Shown piece by piece: positions 53,998 through 64,000 of a stretch of 64,000 bases of DNA. Position numbers and translations under genes: made by a program. Every line of letters begins with the position of its first letter. The first letter of the stretch is position 1. This DNA is from an uncultured Acinetobacter sp. (lineage in GTDB: Bacteria; Pseudomonadota; Gammaproteobacteria; Pseudomonadales; Moraxellaceae), in assembly GCF_943914805.1 (NCBI RefSeq), contig NZ_CALUDM010000001.1:7586-71585 (forward strand), written 5' to 3'. The notes beneath the pieces are model-generated. The model made no database searches, was not told where the DNA came from, and worked only from the letters and a program-made list of their open reading frames with translations.

Positions 53998-54644
53998 TTC
54001 GCACCCCCAGCAGCTGGAACTTGTCCAGTTTTATTAGCAGTATTTTCATCTGATGTAGCAGATACTGCAATTTCTCCTAAATCCACCGTAACCACAAAGC
54101 TTCCATACGACTCTTCAACGCGTGGAATGACAGATGTTGGTGTTTTATTTTTGTTTTCTTCAGCAGCCAAGAAAGAGTTCATAAAGGCATTACGATACCA
54201 CTCAGAAGCTTCTAATCCACGAAGAAGCTCAGCAACCGTATTTGGGCTTTCTGCTCTACCTTCAATGGTAAATTTATCTCCCACTCGGCTAAATTTTGTC
54301 AGATACATTTGTGCAGGTGTCACACGTACCAATTCATCAACTAAACGTACTGTTACAGGACGTTGGCCTTGCAAGCCTTGAATCAACTTCATCCGTTCAA
54401 TAATTGCATTACGACGTTCTTGCAAACCATCTAAAGTCTTTAATTGCGCATCTAGGTTTTGATTGGTACTGGTGATCAATTGATTGGCTTGTTCCTGATC
54501 TTCGAGTTGATGATCAAAATAGAACCATGTCAGCAATACACTCAATAACCCGATGATTGCGACCCCGATACAAATTGCGATAAATTGCTTTTTTCGTTGT
54601 TCTCTTAGCTCATCACGCCAAGGGAGTAGGTTAATCTTTGCCAT
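53994..54644 (-). CDS. pilN: Type IV pilus assembly protein PilN
   Basis: 216 aa. N-terminal motif INLLPWR followed by a TM helix. Overlaps pilM stop. Confidence 0.9.
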   Translation of the reverse strand: MAKINLLPWRDELREQRKKQFIAICIGVAIIGLLSVLLTWFYFDHQLEDQEQANQLITSTNQNLDAQLKTLDGLQERRNAIIERMKLIQGLQGQRPVTVRLVDELVRVTPAQMYLTKFSRVGDKFTIEGRAESPNTVAELLRGLEASEWYRNAFMNSFLAAEENKNKTPTSVIPRVEESYGSFVVTVDLGEIAVSATSDENTANKTGQVPAAGGAK

Positions 54645-55702
54645 TAATCAAAACTCCTCAAAGCCAAACCACACGCAACCATCAATGATGGAGCATCATT
54701 TTCTATTTTGTTTAAATCAATTTGTGGAGAGAACCCCATTTGCAGAAAAGGGTTTGCTATAGTGACGCGGTAACCTAATTTTTGTTGTAATAATTTTGCC
54801 AAACCTGGAATGTTCGCATTTCCCCCAGCCAACAAAATATGATCAATCTCGTTAAATTGGGAAGATGAAAAGAAAAATTGCAATGAACGTGCAGCCTGTT
54901 GAACAACAGCATCAAGAAATGGCATTAATACTTCTGTTTCAAAATCATCAGGTAAAGTTCGATCTTTCTTTGCACGACCTGCTTCTTCATAAGACAAGCC
55001 ATAACGATTTTGCACATCTTGAGTTAACTGCTTTCCACCAAAAACTTGTTCACGTGTATAAATAATCTTGCCATTTTGCATAACAGAAAGTGTCGTCATG
55101 GTATGGCCGATATCTAAAACGCCCACCATATTTGCACCGATCGGCAATGTATCTGAGAACACATCAAAAGCCCGTTCAATTGCATAACTTTCTACATCAG
55201 CAATTTTCGGTGATAAACCCGCAATTTCTAAGACTTCAATACGAGAATCAATATTTTCTGTACGTGTTGCAACCAATAAAACATTAACACGGTTTGAAAC
55301 AGCTAATTTATCTTGCAGAACCTCAAAATCCAGACTCACTTCGTCCAACGGAAACGGAATGTATTGCTCTGCATCCATTCGAATCTGAACTTCCCGTTCT
55401 TCATCAGACATATCAGCATCCATTTCTATGACTTTATGAATCACCATAGAGGTTGGAACTGCAACAGCTACATTTTGCGATTGAGGATTGGCAAGGTTCA
55501 CCGCTCTTTCCAGCGCATCTGCAACTGCTTCTGGATTAAGAATGTTTTTTTCAACAACACTCCCATCAAGCAAGGGGCTTAATCCATAGCTTTCAACCCA
55601 GTAACGACCGTTCTTAACAGAGAGTTCTAATATTTTTACAGAAGTAGAACTAATATCTACTCCTATTAACCCCTTATTTGGCTTACGATATAGTCTAAGC
55701 AC
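54644..55702 (-). CDS. pilM: Type IV pilus assembly ATPase-fold protein PilM
   Basis: 352 aa, actin-like fold (GVDISSTSVKILEL…). First gene of pilMNOPQ, divergent from ponA. Confidence 0.95.
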   Translation of the reverse strand: MLRLYRKPNKGLIGVDISSTSVKILELSVKNGRYWVESYGLSPLLDGSVVEKNILNPEAVADALERAVNLANPQSQNVAVAVPTSMVIHKVIEMDADMSDEEREVQIRMDAEQYIPFPLDEVSLDFEVLQDKLAVSNRVNVLLVATRTENIDSRIEVLEIAGLSPKIADVESYAIERAFDVFSDTLPIGANMVGVLDIGHTMTTLSVMQNGKIIYTREQVFGGKQLTQDVQNRYGLSYEEAGRAKKDRTLPDDFETEVLMPFLDAVVQQAARSLQFFFSSSQFNEIDHILLAGGNANIPGLAKLLQQKLGYRVTIANPFLQMGFSPQIDLNKIENDAPSLMVACGLALRSFD

Positions 55703-55866
55703 GATACATTTCCTATTATTTTTTTATCCCCAATACATAACACAAACCGACTGCAATTGGTCTTAATTTTTTACAGATACAATATCCCATCTAACAATCT
55801 ATCAAATGAAAAGCTATACTGACCAGCAATTAGTTTGCCATTAGCTATTATTAAAACTTACTTGTT

Positions 55867-58401
55867 ATGAAAAAGCTATCTTGTTCAGGTCATATTCATC
55901 CCTTTTTTTTGCTGATTATTATTATTTTAGTCGCAATTCCGATGGGCTTTTATGGTATGTATCTATATATTGCCCCGTCACTGCCAGAAATGAGCTCTTT
56001 AAAAAAGGCGCCATTGCTTAAACCTATGCAAGTTTATTCAGCTGATAATCAGCTGATTGCGGAATATGGAGGCAAACTTTCTGTTCCTGTTGAATATAAT
56101 CAAATCCCTCCGCATTTCATTCATGCATTTTTAGCGGCAGAAGATTCTTCGTTTTTTGAACATAGCGGCATTAGCTTTAAAGGCTTGGGACGAGCTGTGA
56201 GTGAAAGCATTACAGGATCAAATGTTCAAACTGGTGGTTCGACCATCACTATGCAGGTCGCTAAAAACTATTACTTATCACCTGAAAGAACCTTAAAACG
56301 CAAACTCACAGAAGTATTCTTAGCACGTAAAATAGAACAGAATTTATCTAAAGAAGAAATTTTATCTTTATATGTGAATAAAATCTTTTTAGGTAAAAAT
56401 GCTTATGGTATCGCTGCGGCAGCAAAGATTTACTATAACAAGAATTTAGACCAGCTCAGTGTTGCTCAAATGGCAATGATTGCAGGTTTACCAAAAGCAC
56501 CATCAAAATATAACCCTGTTGTAAACCCTGAACGTGCTTTAGAGCGTCGTAATTGGATTTTAGGACGAATGTTACAACTGGGTTATCTCAACCAAGCTGA
56601 ATATGAAAAAGCTGTCGCTGAACCTGTGAATCTCAGCATGCCTGATCGAGGTTTAAGCAACAAATTCCCTTATGTAGGTGAAATGGTTCGCTCTGAACTT
56701 GTAGATAAATTTGGCGACCTTGCTATTGATTCAGGTTATAAAGTTTATACAACCATCGACAGTAAACGTCAGGAATATGCTGAGGAAGCTGTCCAAAAAG
56801 GCTTAGAGGATTATGATCGACGCCACGGCTGGCGTGGTGCAGAAGCCCATGATAAACCTTTAAAAAATTTCATCCCCTATGCAAATACTTACCCTGCTGA
56901 AGTTGTCAAAGTAGGCAACAATAGCTTTGACGCAAAGTTACAGGATGGCTCTACAGTCACCGTACCTTGGTCAGGTATGTCATGGGCTAGAAAATATATC
57001 AATGCCAATGCTGTAGGCGGAGCACCTAGCCGAGCATCTCAAATTGTTTCAGTAAAAGATATTATCCGTTTAAGACCCAATGACAATAAAACAGCTTGGT
57101 CATTGGTTCAAACACCTCGAGTTCAAGGGCAACTGATTGCAATCAACCCAAATGATGGTTCAATTGAAGCTGTTGTTGGTGGTTATAATTTCTATCAATC
57201 TAAATTTAACCGTGCAATTCAAGGCTGGCGTCAACCAGGTTCAACCATCAAGCCTTTCATTTATGCATTGGCACTTGAACGTGGCATGACACCGTATTCG
57301 ATGGTCAATGATAGCCCGATTACGATTGGTCGTTGGTCACCTAAGAACTCGGATGGGCGTTATCTAGGGATGATTCCTTTACGACGTGCTTTATATTTGT
57401 CTCGTAATACTGTTTCCGTTCGATTATTACAAAGTGTAGGTGTTGAGCGTGCTCGACAATTATTGATGGACTTTGGACTACAAGAAGACCAAATTCCGCG
57501 TAACTTCACCATTGCCTTAGGTACACCACAAGTCTTACCTGTGCAAATGGCTACAGGTTATGCAACGATTGCAAATGGTGGTTACCGTGTGCAGCCACAC
57601 TTTATCAGTCGTATTGAAGATGCATACGGCAAAGTAATTTACGAAACCAATCCAGATTATGCATGTATTCCTTGTATTAATGCCAAAGATAATGATGTCG
57701 ATCCAGAAGTCATCACCCCAGATGATGAAGTGATTGAAGGTGCAACCCAAGACGTTGCAGAACCAAAAACCACACTTACAAAAGAAGAGCAAAGTAAATA
57801 TCGCCAAGCTCAGCGCATTCTCAAATCACAATCTGCATTTGATATGGCAAATATCTTACGTGATGTGATTGTACATGGTACGGGTCGTGCAGCTCTTAAA
57901 ATTGGTCGTGACGATATTGGCGGTAAAACAGGAACCACCAATGATGCAAAAGATGCTTGGTTTGCAGGGTTCAACGGCAAGTTAGTTGCCATCGCTTGGG
58001 TCGGTTTCGACCAGCCAACAACATTAGGTCGTCGAGAATATGGTGGTATTGCAGCACTACCTGTTTGGACGAGCTTCATGGGTAAAGCTTTGGAAGGCAC
58101 ACCTTCAGCGTGGGTACATTTTGATAAAAATGCCAAAGCTCCTATTTCTCGCGAGCAACGTGGATTAGCTGCCTCTGAGCAAAGTACTGAGGAGTATCGC
58201 ACTTCACCGCCTTTAGCACGTCCACTGTATAGACCTACACCTGTAGCACCAACTCGCAATCCATCGAGTGATTTTGATGATTTACCTGATGACACAGAGC
58301 AACCGCTTAAACCAAGCAATACTGCGCCACCAGCAATGGATCAAAAACCACCAAAACGCGAAAGTGATGCTTTAGAGAACTTGATCAATGAAGTTCAGTA
58401 A
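55867..58401 (+). CDS. ponA: Penicillin-binding protein 1A (bifunctional transglycosylase/transpeptidase)
   Basis: 844 aa. N-terminal TM. GT51 motifs (EDSSFFEHSGIS; RKxxE). Transpeptidase SxxK (GSTIKPF), SRN and KTGTT motifs. Confidence 0.95.
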   Translation: MKKLSCSGHIHPFFLLIIIILVAIPMGFYGMYLYIAPSLPEMSSLKKAPLLKPMQVYSADNQLIAEYGGKLSVPVEYNQIPPHFIHAFLAAEDSSFFEHSGISFKGLGRAVSESITGSNVQTGGSTITMQVAKNYYLSPERTLKRKLTEVFLARKIEQNLSKEEILSLYVNKIFLGKNAYGIAAAAKIYYNKNLDQLSVAQMAMIAGLPKAPSKYNPVVNPERALERRNWILGRMLQLGYLNQAEYEKAVAEPVNLSMPDRGLSNKFPYVGEMVRSELVDKFGDLAIDSGYKVYTTIDSKRQEYAEEAVQKGLEDYDRRHGWRGAEAHDKPLKNFIPYANTYPAEVVKVGNNSFDAKLQDGSTVTVPWSGMSWARKYINANAVGGAPSRASQIVSVKDIIRLRPNDNKTAWSLVQTPRVQGQLIAINPNDGSIEAVVGGYNFYQSKFNRAIQGWRQPGSTIKPFIYALALERGMTPYSMVNDSPITIGRWSPKNSDGRYLGMIPLRRALYLSRNTVSVRLLQSVGVERARQLLMDFGLQEDQIPRNFTIALGTPQVLPVQMATGYATIANGGYRVQPHFISRIEDAYGKVIYETNPDYACIPCINAKDNDVDPEVITPDDEVIEGATQDVAEPKTTLTKEEQSKYRQAQRILKSQSAFDMANILRDVIVHGTGRAALKIGRDDIGGKTGTTNDAKDAWFAGFNGKLVAIAWVGFDQPTTLGRREYGGIAALPVWTSFMGKALEGTPSAWVHFDKNAKAPISREQRGLAASEQSTEEYRTSPPLARPLYRPTPVAPTRNPSSDFDDLPDDTEQPLKPSNTAPPAMDQKPPKRESDALENLINEVQ

Positions 58402-58410
58402 TTCATCATG

Positions 58411-58446
58411 CAATAAAAACGCCATCCTTTGATGGCGTTTTTATTG
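58411..58446. terminator. Bidirectional terminator with 16-bp palindromic arms between ponA (+) and rlmA (-)
   Basis: CAATAAAAACGCCATC-cttt-GATGGCGTTTTTATTG. Confidence 0.8.
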
Positions 58447-58471
58447 CATAGTAGTTTGTTAAAATAGAAGG

Positions 58472-59293
58472 TTATTTTTTCTGAAATAAATAGATTTGAA
58501 ATGCAGCCTTCAATTGAGTCTTGATTTGAGCTTCCAAAGCTAAGCGCTTTTCAGGTTTTGCTTTATACGCATAAGGTGTCATTGCAATCAGATTTTTCAA
58601 TTGAATTTGATCCAATTCAAAATTAGATTCAACAATCGGATGTTCAATCAATTCGAACTGTTCTTTTAGCTGTTCAACAAATTTATGCGGTTCATGTGCT
58701 TTAACCTCCTCAAACAAACCTTCACGCATTGCCAACAAGTGCTCAGGCGCAGGCGTGACTACCATAAGATAGGCTTTAGGCTTCAATACACGTAAAATTT
58801 CTTCTTGAGGGATAGGGCTAAATAAACTGGTGCATAAATCAATAGAATGATCTAGAACAGGTAATGTTGCGCCTGTACCAACAATCCAAGTCACTTCTTT
58901 ATTGAGCTTTGCTGCAACTTGTACTGCATTTTTTGCAATGTCCACGCCTACACATTGCATAACCTCGTGCTGCATCGCATTGGTGTAATAACCTTCACCA
59001 CAACCAATATCAAGCAAGTTTTCAATTTTTAATTCACGGATCTTTTCTACAACGGCTTGTTGTAATGGTGCATAAAAACCACCAGTCAAAAATGCACGAC
59101 GTGCTTGTACAGATTCAGGTGTATCCCCTGGGTTTTTACTATGCTTATGCTGCACAACATGTAAATTGACATAACCTTGTTTTGCCACATCATAGCTATG
59201 ATTGTTTATACAGCGCCATGTCTTATCCGTTAAGCTGAGTGCTTCACGGCATACTGGGCACATCAACACATTCATAACATTCTCCAAACTCAT
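58472..59293 (-). CDS. rlmA: 23S rRNA (guanine745-N1)-methyltransferase RlmA
   Basis: 273 aa. N-terminal Zn-binding CPVC…C…H region. LDIGCGEGYYT SAM motif. Closely parallels E. coli RrmA (CPLC…DIGCGEGYYT). Confidence 0.85.
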   Translation of the reverse strand: MSLENVMNVLMCPVCREALSLTDKTWRCINNHSYDVAKQGYVNLHVVQHKHSKNPGDTPESVQARRAFLTGGFYAPLQQAVVEKIRELKIENLLDIGCGEGYYTNAMQHEVMQCVGVDIAKNAVQVAAKLNKEVTWIVGTGATLPVLDHSIDLCTSLFSPIPQEEILRVLKPKAYLMVVTPAPEHLLAMREGLFEEVKAHEPHKFVEQLKEQFELIEHPIVESNFELDQIQLKNLIAMTPYAYKAKPEKRLALEAQIKTQLKAAFQIYLFQKK

Positions 59294-59345
59294 TTAAAGC
59301 CATAAAAAAAGCCGGCAAATGCCGACTTTCTCAAACAACTTTTGC

Positions 59346-60464
59346 TTAACGCAATTTTAAAGTCATTAACCCTAAAACTACCAGCATAATTGTAATAATC
59401 CAGAAACGAATCACCACTTGGGTTTCACGCCAACCCTTTTTCTCATAGTGATGATGCAAAGGTGCCATCAGAAATACACGTTTATTACGCATACGCAATG
59501 AACCGATTTGCAAAAATACAGAAATAGCTTCAACTACAAATACGCCACCCATAATCGCAAAAACGATTTCTTGACGAACCATCACTGCAATCGTACCCAA
59601 CATAGCACCAAGTGATAATGCACCAACATCGCCCATAAACACTTGCGCAGGATGTGCGTTATACCAAAGGAATGCTAAACCTGCACCGATCATTGCCGCA
59701 CAGACAATCACCAATTCAGATGTATATTTAACATAGGGAATGTGCAAATAATTAGCAAAACGAATATCCCCTGCCAAATAAGCAAACACACCTAAACCAG
59801 CCGCAACTAATACGATTGGCATGATTGCTAAACCATCCAAGCCATCTGTTAGATTCACCGCATTTGAACCACCATTGATGACTAAATAGGTGAAAATAAT
59901 GAAGCCTATTCCCAATGGAATTGCAGAGAGTGGAATACTGAGATTCTTAAAGAATGGAATCAACAAATCCAGCATGTTTGCTGTATGCACAGGATTTTCT
60001 TGTTGTGTCGCAATAACATACAATGCAATACCTGCACCTAATGAACCGACAGAAGTCCAAAAGAATTTTTTCTTAGCAGGTAAACCAGCATTGTCTTTAT
60101 AACGAACTTTAATCCAATCATCCGCCCAACCGACAGCACCGAAAATAACCATCACAGCCAAAACAATCCAGACATAAGGATTGGATAAATCCGCCCAAAG
60201 CAGAGTACTGATTCCAATCGAAAGTAGGATTAAAATCCCGCCCATCGTTGGCGTACCCATTTTCTTAGCATGGTTTTCAGGTGCAAAAGAACTCACCGCT
60301 TGACCGTATTTTAAGGCTTGCAGTTTACGAATCATGACTGGCCCCAAAGCCCAGCCAATTGCTAATGCGGTCAATACACTTAACAGCGCTCGGAATGACA
60401 AATATCGAACAACTTGGAATGCATTTTCATAACCCGCCAAGTGCTGAAATAACCAAAACAGCAT
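59346..60464 (-). CDS. mraY: Phospho-N-acetylmuramoyl-pentapeptide transferase MraY
   Basis: 372 aa polytopic membrane protein with conserved MraY motifs ([13 protein letters not shown]; HHHYE). Confidence 0.97.
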   Translation of the reverse strand: MLFWLFQHLAGYENAFQVVRYLSFRALLSVLTALAIGWALGPVMIRKLQALKYGQAVSSFAPENHAKKMGTPTMGGILILLSIGISTLLWADLSNPYVWIVLAVMVIFGAVGWADDWIKVRYKDNAGLPAKKKFFWTSVGSLGAGIALYVIATQQENPVHTANMLDLLIPFFKNLSIPLSAIPLGIGFIIFTYLVINGGSNAVNLTDGLDGLAIMPIVLVAAGLGVFAYLAGDIRFANYLHIPYVKYTSELVIVCAAMIGAGLAFLWYNAHPAQVFMGDVGALSLGAMLGTIAVMVRQEIVFAIMGGVFVVEAISVFLQIGSLRMRNKRVFLMAPLHHHYEKKGWRETQVVIRFWIITIMLVVLGLMTLKLR

Positions 60465-61873
60465 TAAACTTTCTCCATCAAATCAGCCATCAACGTTTCC
60501 ATATGGGTATAACGAGAACCTTTAAACAAGAAACTCATGGACTGTGGTTGATGTGTTTTAATTAAACTTAATAATAACGGTAGTGCTTGCTCTTGGCTAA
60601 GAAAAGCTTGCATTTTTTTACCATACTGAGTGCTTCTTGCACCTTCTTGCGTTGCAGGTGAAAATTCACCAACAGCAACAACAAAGTTAATCCCTTTTAC
60701 TGAAACAAGGTCACGACCCAACATATAATGTTGTTGCGCAGCCGAACCCCCAAGCTCACCAATATCACCAATGACCATTACCCGAATCCCCTCTTGCTGA
60801 GCAAGCACTTCTGCTGCAGCCCGCATCGAAGTAGGGTTTGCATTGTAAGTATCATCAATAAATAAATAATCATTTTTGCGAATAAAATTCAAACGACCTT
60901 TCGCACCTTGTGCAGATTCTAGACCCAGTACAATGTCATCTAGATCAATACCTATTGCCAAAGCAAATGCTGTTGCAGCTTCCGCATTATGTACATTATG
61001 TTCGCCTGCAAATGGTAAATTTACTGTATGAACACCATTAGGCGTATTTATTGTGAATGTCGCAGATTGAGCTTGTAGTTCAATTTCAGATGCAAAAACT
61101 TCACCACCTTGCCCAAAACTTAATACATTTTCAGTCTGTACAGCTTGGCGGATGGTATCACTAAAATCATCATTGGCTGGAACAATCGAAGTTCCAGCTT
61201 GATCTATATGCGCATAAATTTCTGATTTAGCACGGCAAATTCCATCACGCCCACCAAACTCGCCCAAATGAGCAGTCCCAATATTGAGAATACCTGCAAC
61301 ATGCGGTTGAACTAAGTTTGAGGTGTAATCAATTTCACCTTGATGACTCGCACCCAACTCCATTACTGCATATTGATGTTCAGCCCGAAGCTCCAATAAC
61401 ATCATCGGTACACCCAAATCATTATTGAGGTTACCACGTGTAATTAAAGTTGGTGCTAAACGTGCGAGAATACTGCCTAACATTTCTTTGGTGGTGGTTT
61501 TACCACTACTGCCTGTCAATGCAATCACTTTTAATTGCGGATGTTGCGCTCGACGATATCCACCCAAATGCCCCAATGCTAAGCGAGTATCAGCTACAAC
61601 TAACTGACAAATATCTGCATCAATAGGCTGACTGACAATCGCTACCTGACAACCATTTGCAGCAACTTGTGCAATAAAATCATGTGCATCAAAACGCTCA
61701 CCTTTGAGCGCTAAAAATGCATCACCACTTTCCGCATGACGTGAATCCGTCAAAATGCGTTTAATTTCACCTTGTGGTGCTTTGTCTAAATACCAATAAC
61801 CTTGAGTCGCTTCAGCAAGTTGCGCTGCTGACCATGGCTCCAAAGGCACAGTACTTGTCGTAGAAGTATGCAT
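60464..61873 (-). CDS. murF: UDP-MurNAc-tripeptide:D-Ala-D-Ala ligase MurF
   Basis: 469 aa. Mur ligase P-loop [14 protein letters not shown]. Position between murE and mraY. Confidence 0.95.
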   Translation of the reverse strand: MHTSTTSTVPLEPWSAAQLAEATQGYWYLDKAPQGEIKRILTDSRHAESGDAFLALKGERFDAHDFIAQVAANGCQVAIVSQPIDADICQLVVADTRLALGHLGGYRRAQHPQLKVIALTGSSGKTTTKEMLGSILARLAPTLITRGNLNNDLGVPMMLLELRAEHQYAVMELGASHQGEIDYTSNLVQPHVAGILNIGTAHLGEFGGRDGICRAKSEIYAHIDQAGTSIVPANDDFSDTIRQAVQTENVLSFGQGGEVFASEIELQAQSATFTINTPNGVHTVNLPFAGEHNVHNAEAATAFALAIGIDLDDIVLGLESAQGAKGRLNFIRKNDYLFIDDTYNANPTSMRAAAEVLAQQEGIRVMVIGDIGELGGSAAQQHYMLGRDLVSVKGINFVVAVGEFSPATQEGARSTQYGKKMQAFLSQEQALPLLLSLIKTHQPQSMSFLFKGSRYTHMETLMADLMEKV

Positions 61874-61882
61874 CTCTTCTTC

Positions 61883-63379
61883 CTACTGAGCTGGATAAGC
61901 TGAATTTGGTTTATGGTGTTGTGCATCAATCGCTGATTGCACTTCCACGACATCATCAAACCAATGGCGTACACCATCAATTTCTTGATAATTTTCATGT
62001 CCTTTGCCTGCAATCACGACAATATCACCCGATTGCGCATGTTTTACGGCATATTTAATTGCTTCACGGCGGTCATGGATTTCATGCACCTCGCGCTGGC
62101 TAAAATCAACATCACGTTTCATATCTGCAAAAATCTGTTCAGGATCTTCAGTTCGAGGATTATCTGAAGTCAACATGACTGGATTGGCCTGCTCTAATGC
62201 AGCTTTGGTCATCAATGCTCGCTTACCTCGATCTCGATCACCACCACATCCAAATACTGCCCAAAGTTGATTTTCGACATGGCGCTTTAAAGTTTTTAAG
62301 ACTTGTGTCAGAGCATCTGGTGTGTGGGCATAATCTACAACAAATAGACGATCTTCATCACGAATCACTTGCATTCGCCCTGGTGCGCCTTTGAGTTTTG
62401 GAACTGATGCAATCAATGCTTTGAGATCAAAACCTGCTTGTTCAGCCACAATTAAACTGGCAACTAAATTTTCAATATTGAAATGCCCAAGTAATGGACT
62501 ATTCACAGTAAATTCACCTTTTACTGTTTTCAAATGAAAACTTGCACCTTCCAAACTGTATTTAATCCCAAAAACTTGATAATCAGCAGCCTTCGCTGTG
62601 GAATAGGTCAATACTTTTGGATGCGCCAAATTACTACTTGCAGCATTAAGCATGATATCGGCATGTGCATCATCCATGTTAATCACGGCTACTTTTAAAC
62701 TTGAAAATTTAAATAAACGTGATTTTGCATCTGCATATGCTTCTAGCGTTCCGTGATAATCCAAATGATCACGACTTAAATTACTATAAGCTGCGATTTC
62801 AATATCACAACCATTGAGGCGACCTTGTTCCAAACCATGAGAACTAGCTTCAAGTGAAACAAATTCCGCACCTTGTTGAGCAAAATCATGCAGTAAGTTT
62901 TGTAAATGCAGTGCATCTAAAGTGGTATGCGAAGATGCTTCTAGGTTCGGTAAAATGCCGTTCCCTGTTGTTCCCATCACCGCACACTTTTTGCCTTGTA
63001 GCATGACTAATTCTGCAACTAAGCGTGAAATCGTTGTTTTACCATTGGTTCCTGTCACTGCAAGCACATGTGCAGCAGTCACTGGATCAGTTGCTTGTAA
63101 ATATTGTTTTTGCCATTGCCCCATTTGCTGACGTACATTTGGGCAAACAAAAACATCTGCCAGTCCTAAGTCCGTTTCGCTGACGATGCCTAAAGCACCA
63201 TTGTCTAAAGCTGATTGTACAAATTGCAATGTTTTTTCAGGCTGAGAATAACTGGTCAGCGCAATAAAAATTTGACCCTGTTGTATCGAACGGCTATCCA
63301 AACTAAACCCACGAAATGGCGCGGACATCCAAGGCAGTTGTGTTTCGACATTTACGATGTCTTGAAAATGAATCGTCAT
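61883..63379 (-). CDS. murE: UDP-MurNAc-L-Ala-D-Glu:meso-DAP ligase MurE
   Basis: 498 aa. P-loop VTGTNGKTTISRL. DNPR motif (SDNPRTED) specifying meso-DAP. Confidence 0.95.
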   Translation of the reverse strand: MTIHFQDIVNVETQLPWMSAPFRGFSLDSRSIQQGQIFIALTSYSQPEKTLQFVQSALDNGALGIVSETDLGLADVFVCPNVRQQMGQWQKQYLQATDPVTAAHVLAVTGTNGKTTISRLVAELVMLQGKKCAVMGTTGNGILPNLEASSHTTLDALHLQNLLHDFAQQGAEFVSLEASSHGLEQGRLNGCDIEIAAYSNLSRDHLDYHGTLEAYADAKSRLFKFSSLKVAVINMDDAHADIMLNAASSNLAHPKVLTYSTAKAADYQVFGIKYSLEGASFHLKTVKGEFTVNSPLLGHFNIENLVASLIVAEQAGFDLKALIASVPKLKGAPGRMQVIRDEDRLFVVDYAHTPDALTQVLKTLKRHVENQLWAVFGCGGDRDRGKRALMTKAALEQANPVMLTSDNPRTEDPEQIFADMKRDVDFSQREVHEIHDRREAIKYAVKHAQSGDIVVIAGKGHENYQEIDGVRHWFDDVVEVQSAIDAQHHKPNSAYPAQ

Positions 63380-63386
63380 ATTTTAC

Positions 63387-64000
63387 CTATTTGGATGCTT
63401 TTGCAGTTTCTAACGGCTTATCTAATGGAACATTCATCAATCTTAACGATTCTTGCATAATTCGGGCAAATACAGGAGCAGCGACAAGACCACCATAATA
63501 TTGACCTCGTGGATTTTCAACCACCACAATAATGGCTAAGCGTGGATCACTGATCGGTGCAACACCCGCAAATAGAGCACGATACTCAGTATTTGAATAT
63601 CCTCTATGGTCAGGACGTAATTTATGCGCAGTACCTGTCTTACCACCTACACGATAACCTGGAATATTAGCCTGCTTAGCAGTACCGCCCGGCATCGTAA
63701 CTTGCTCTAACATCAACAAAATATTGTCAGCAATTTTAGGGTCTAAAACCTGTTTGCCTTTCGGTTGATCTTCCAGCTTATATAAACTGAGTGGATATTC
63801 CACCCCATGATTGGCCAACATGGCATAACCTTGAGCCAATTGTAGAATGGTCGCATTTAAACCATAACCATAAGCCATGGTTCCGATTTGCGATGAATTT
63901 AATTTTTCAGGAGGTAGTACTAGACCACTACTTTCACCCGGGAATTTAACGGCTGAACGCTGACCAAATCCAACACGCTTAAAGAACGTGGGTAAGGTTT
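63387..64000 (-). CDS. ftsI: Peptidoglycan transpeptidase FtsI (PBP3), C-terminal portion; gene continues beyond window end
   Basis: KTGTA motif and C-terminal PBP transpeptidase sequence. Reading frame open to the window edge. Precedes murE, as in the dcw cluster. Confidence 0.85.
   Translation of the reverse strand, partial: TLPTFFKRVGFGQRSAVKFPGESSGLVLPPEKLNSSQIGTMAYGYGLNATILQLAQGYAMLANHGVEYPLSLYKLEDQPKGKQVLDPKIADNILLMLEQVTMPGGTAKQANIPGYRVGGKTGTAHKLRPDHRGYSNTEYRALFAGVAPISDPRLAIIVVVENPRGQYYGGLVAAPVFARIMQESLRLMNVPLDKPLETAKASK

Noticed and set aside
57810-58319. 169-aa antisense ORF within ponA
   Set aside because: It lies embedded antisense in a highly conserved PBP1a gene. The Ala/Gly/Ser-rich translation is typical of a spurious frame in the reverse of a coding region.

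Overview
This 64-kb window looks like an Acinetobacter-type chromosome of roughly 38-41% GC. Nearly all of it is conserved housekeeping sequence. I found no rRNA, tRNA, CRISPR array, transposase or IS element.

Gene order, with strand:
- cbpA-cbpM J-domain chaperone pair (+) and a DUF465/YdcH-like small protein (+)
- CorA-family Mg/Co transporter (-)
- pnp and rpsO with an intercistronic attenuator (-)
- beta-lactamase-fold serine hydrolase (+)
- recC-recB-recD operon (-)
- a small DUF697-like protein (+)
- tandem-domain PPK2, polyphosphate:AMP phosphotransferase (-)
- a 234-aa hypothetical protein (+)
- ubiE-ubiJ-ubiB (+)
- patatin-like lipase (+) and an FAD monooxygenase (+)
- hisIE (+)
- Tat-secreted PhoX-like phosphatase (-)
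- an operonic pair: a compact SF1 UvrD-like helicase followed by an ABC-type ATPase (+)
- mrpA(B)CDEFG cation/proton antiporter (+)
- a metal-dependent hydrolase (-)
- gltD and gltB (-)
- a DamX-like membrane protein, aroB and aroK (-)
- pilQ, pilP, pilO, pilN and pilM (-)
- ponA (+)
- rlmA (-)
- mraY, murF, murE and the 3' end of ftsI (-)

The most interesting locus is the helicase plus ATPase pair at 30638-33532. It has SF1A helicase motifs and an SMC/RecF/OLD-like ABC ATPase head but no recognisable nuclease. It sits between core genes, bounded by 260-bp and 522-bp AT-rich intergenic regions, and the ATPase gene is more AT-rich than its neighbours. It resembles Gabija, which combines a UvrD-like helicase with an OLD-type ATPase, but here the order is reversed and there is no TOPRIM domain. 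I flag it as a candidate uncharacterised defence or genome-maintenance module. I could not assign it to a family from sequence alone.

Secondary observations:
- Strand-specific terminators, including one 215 bp downstream of recD that implies a long 3'UTR or an sRNA.
- A possible Pho box upstream of phoX.
- Several long perfect palindromes.
- A Q-rich N-terminal extension on UbiE that is probably a start-codon artefact.
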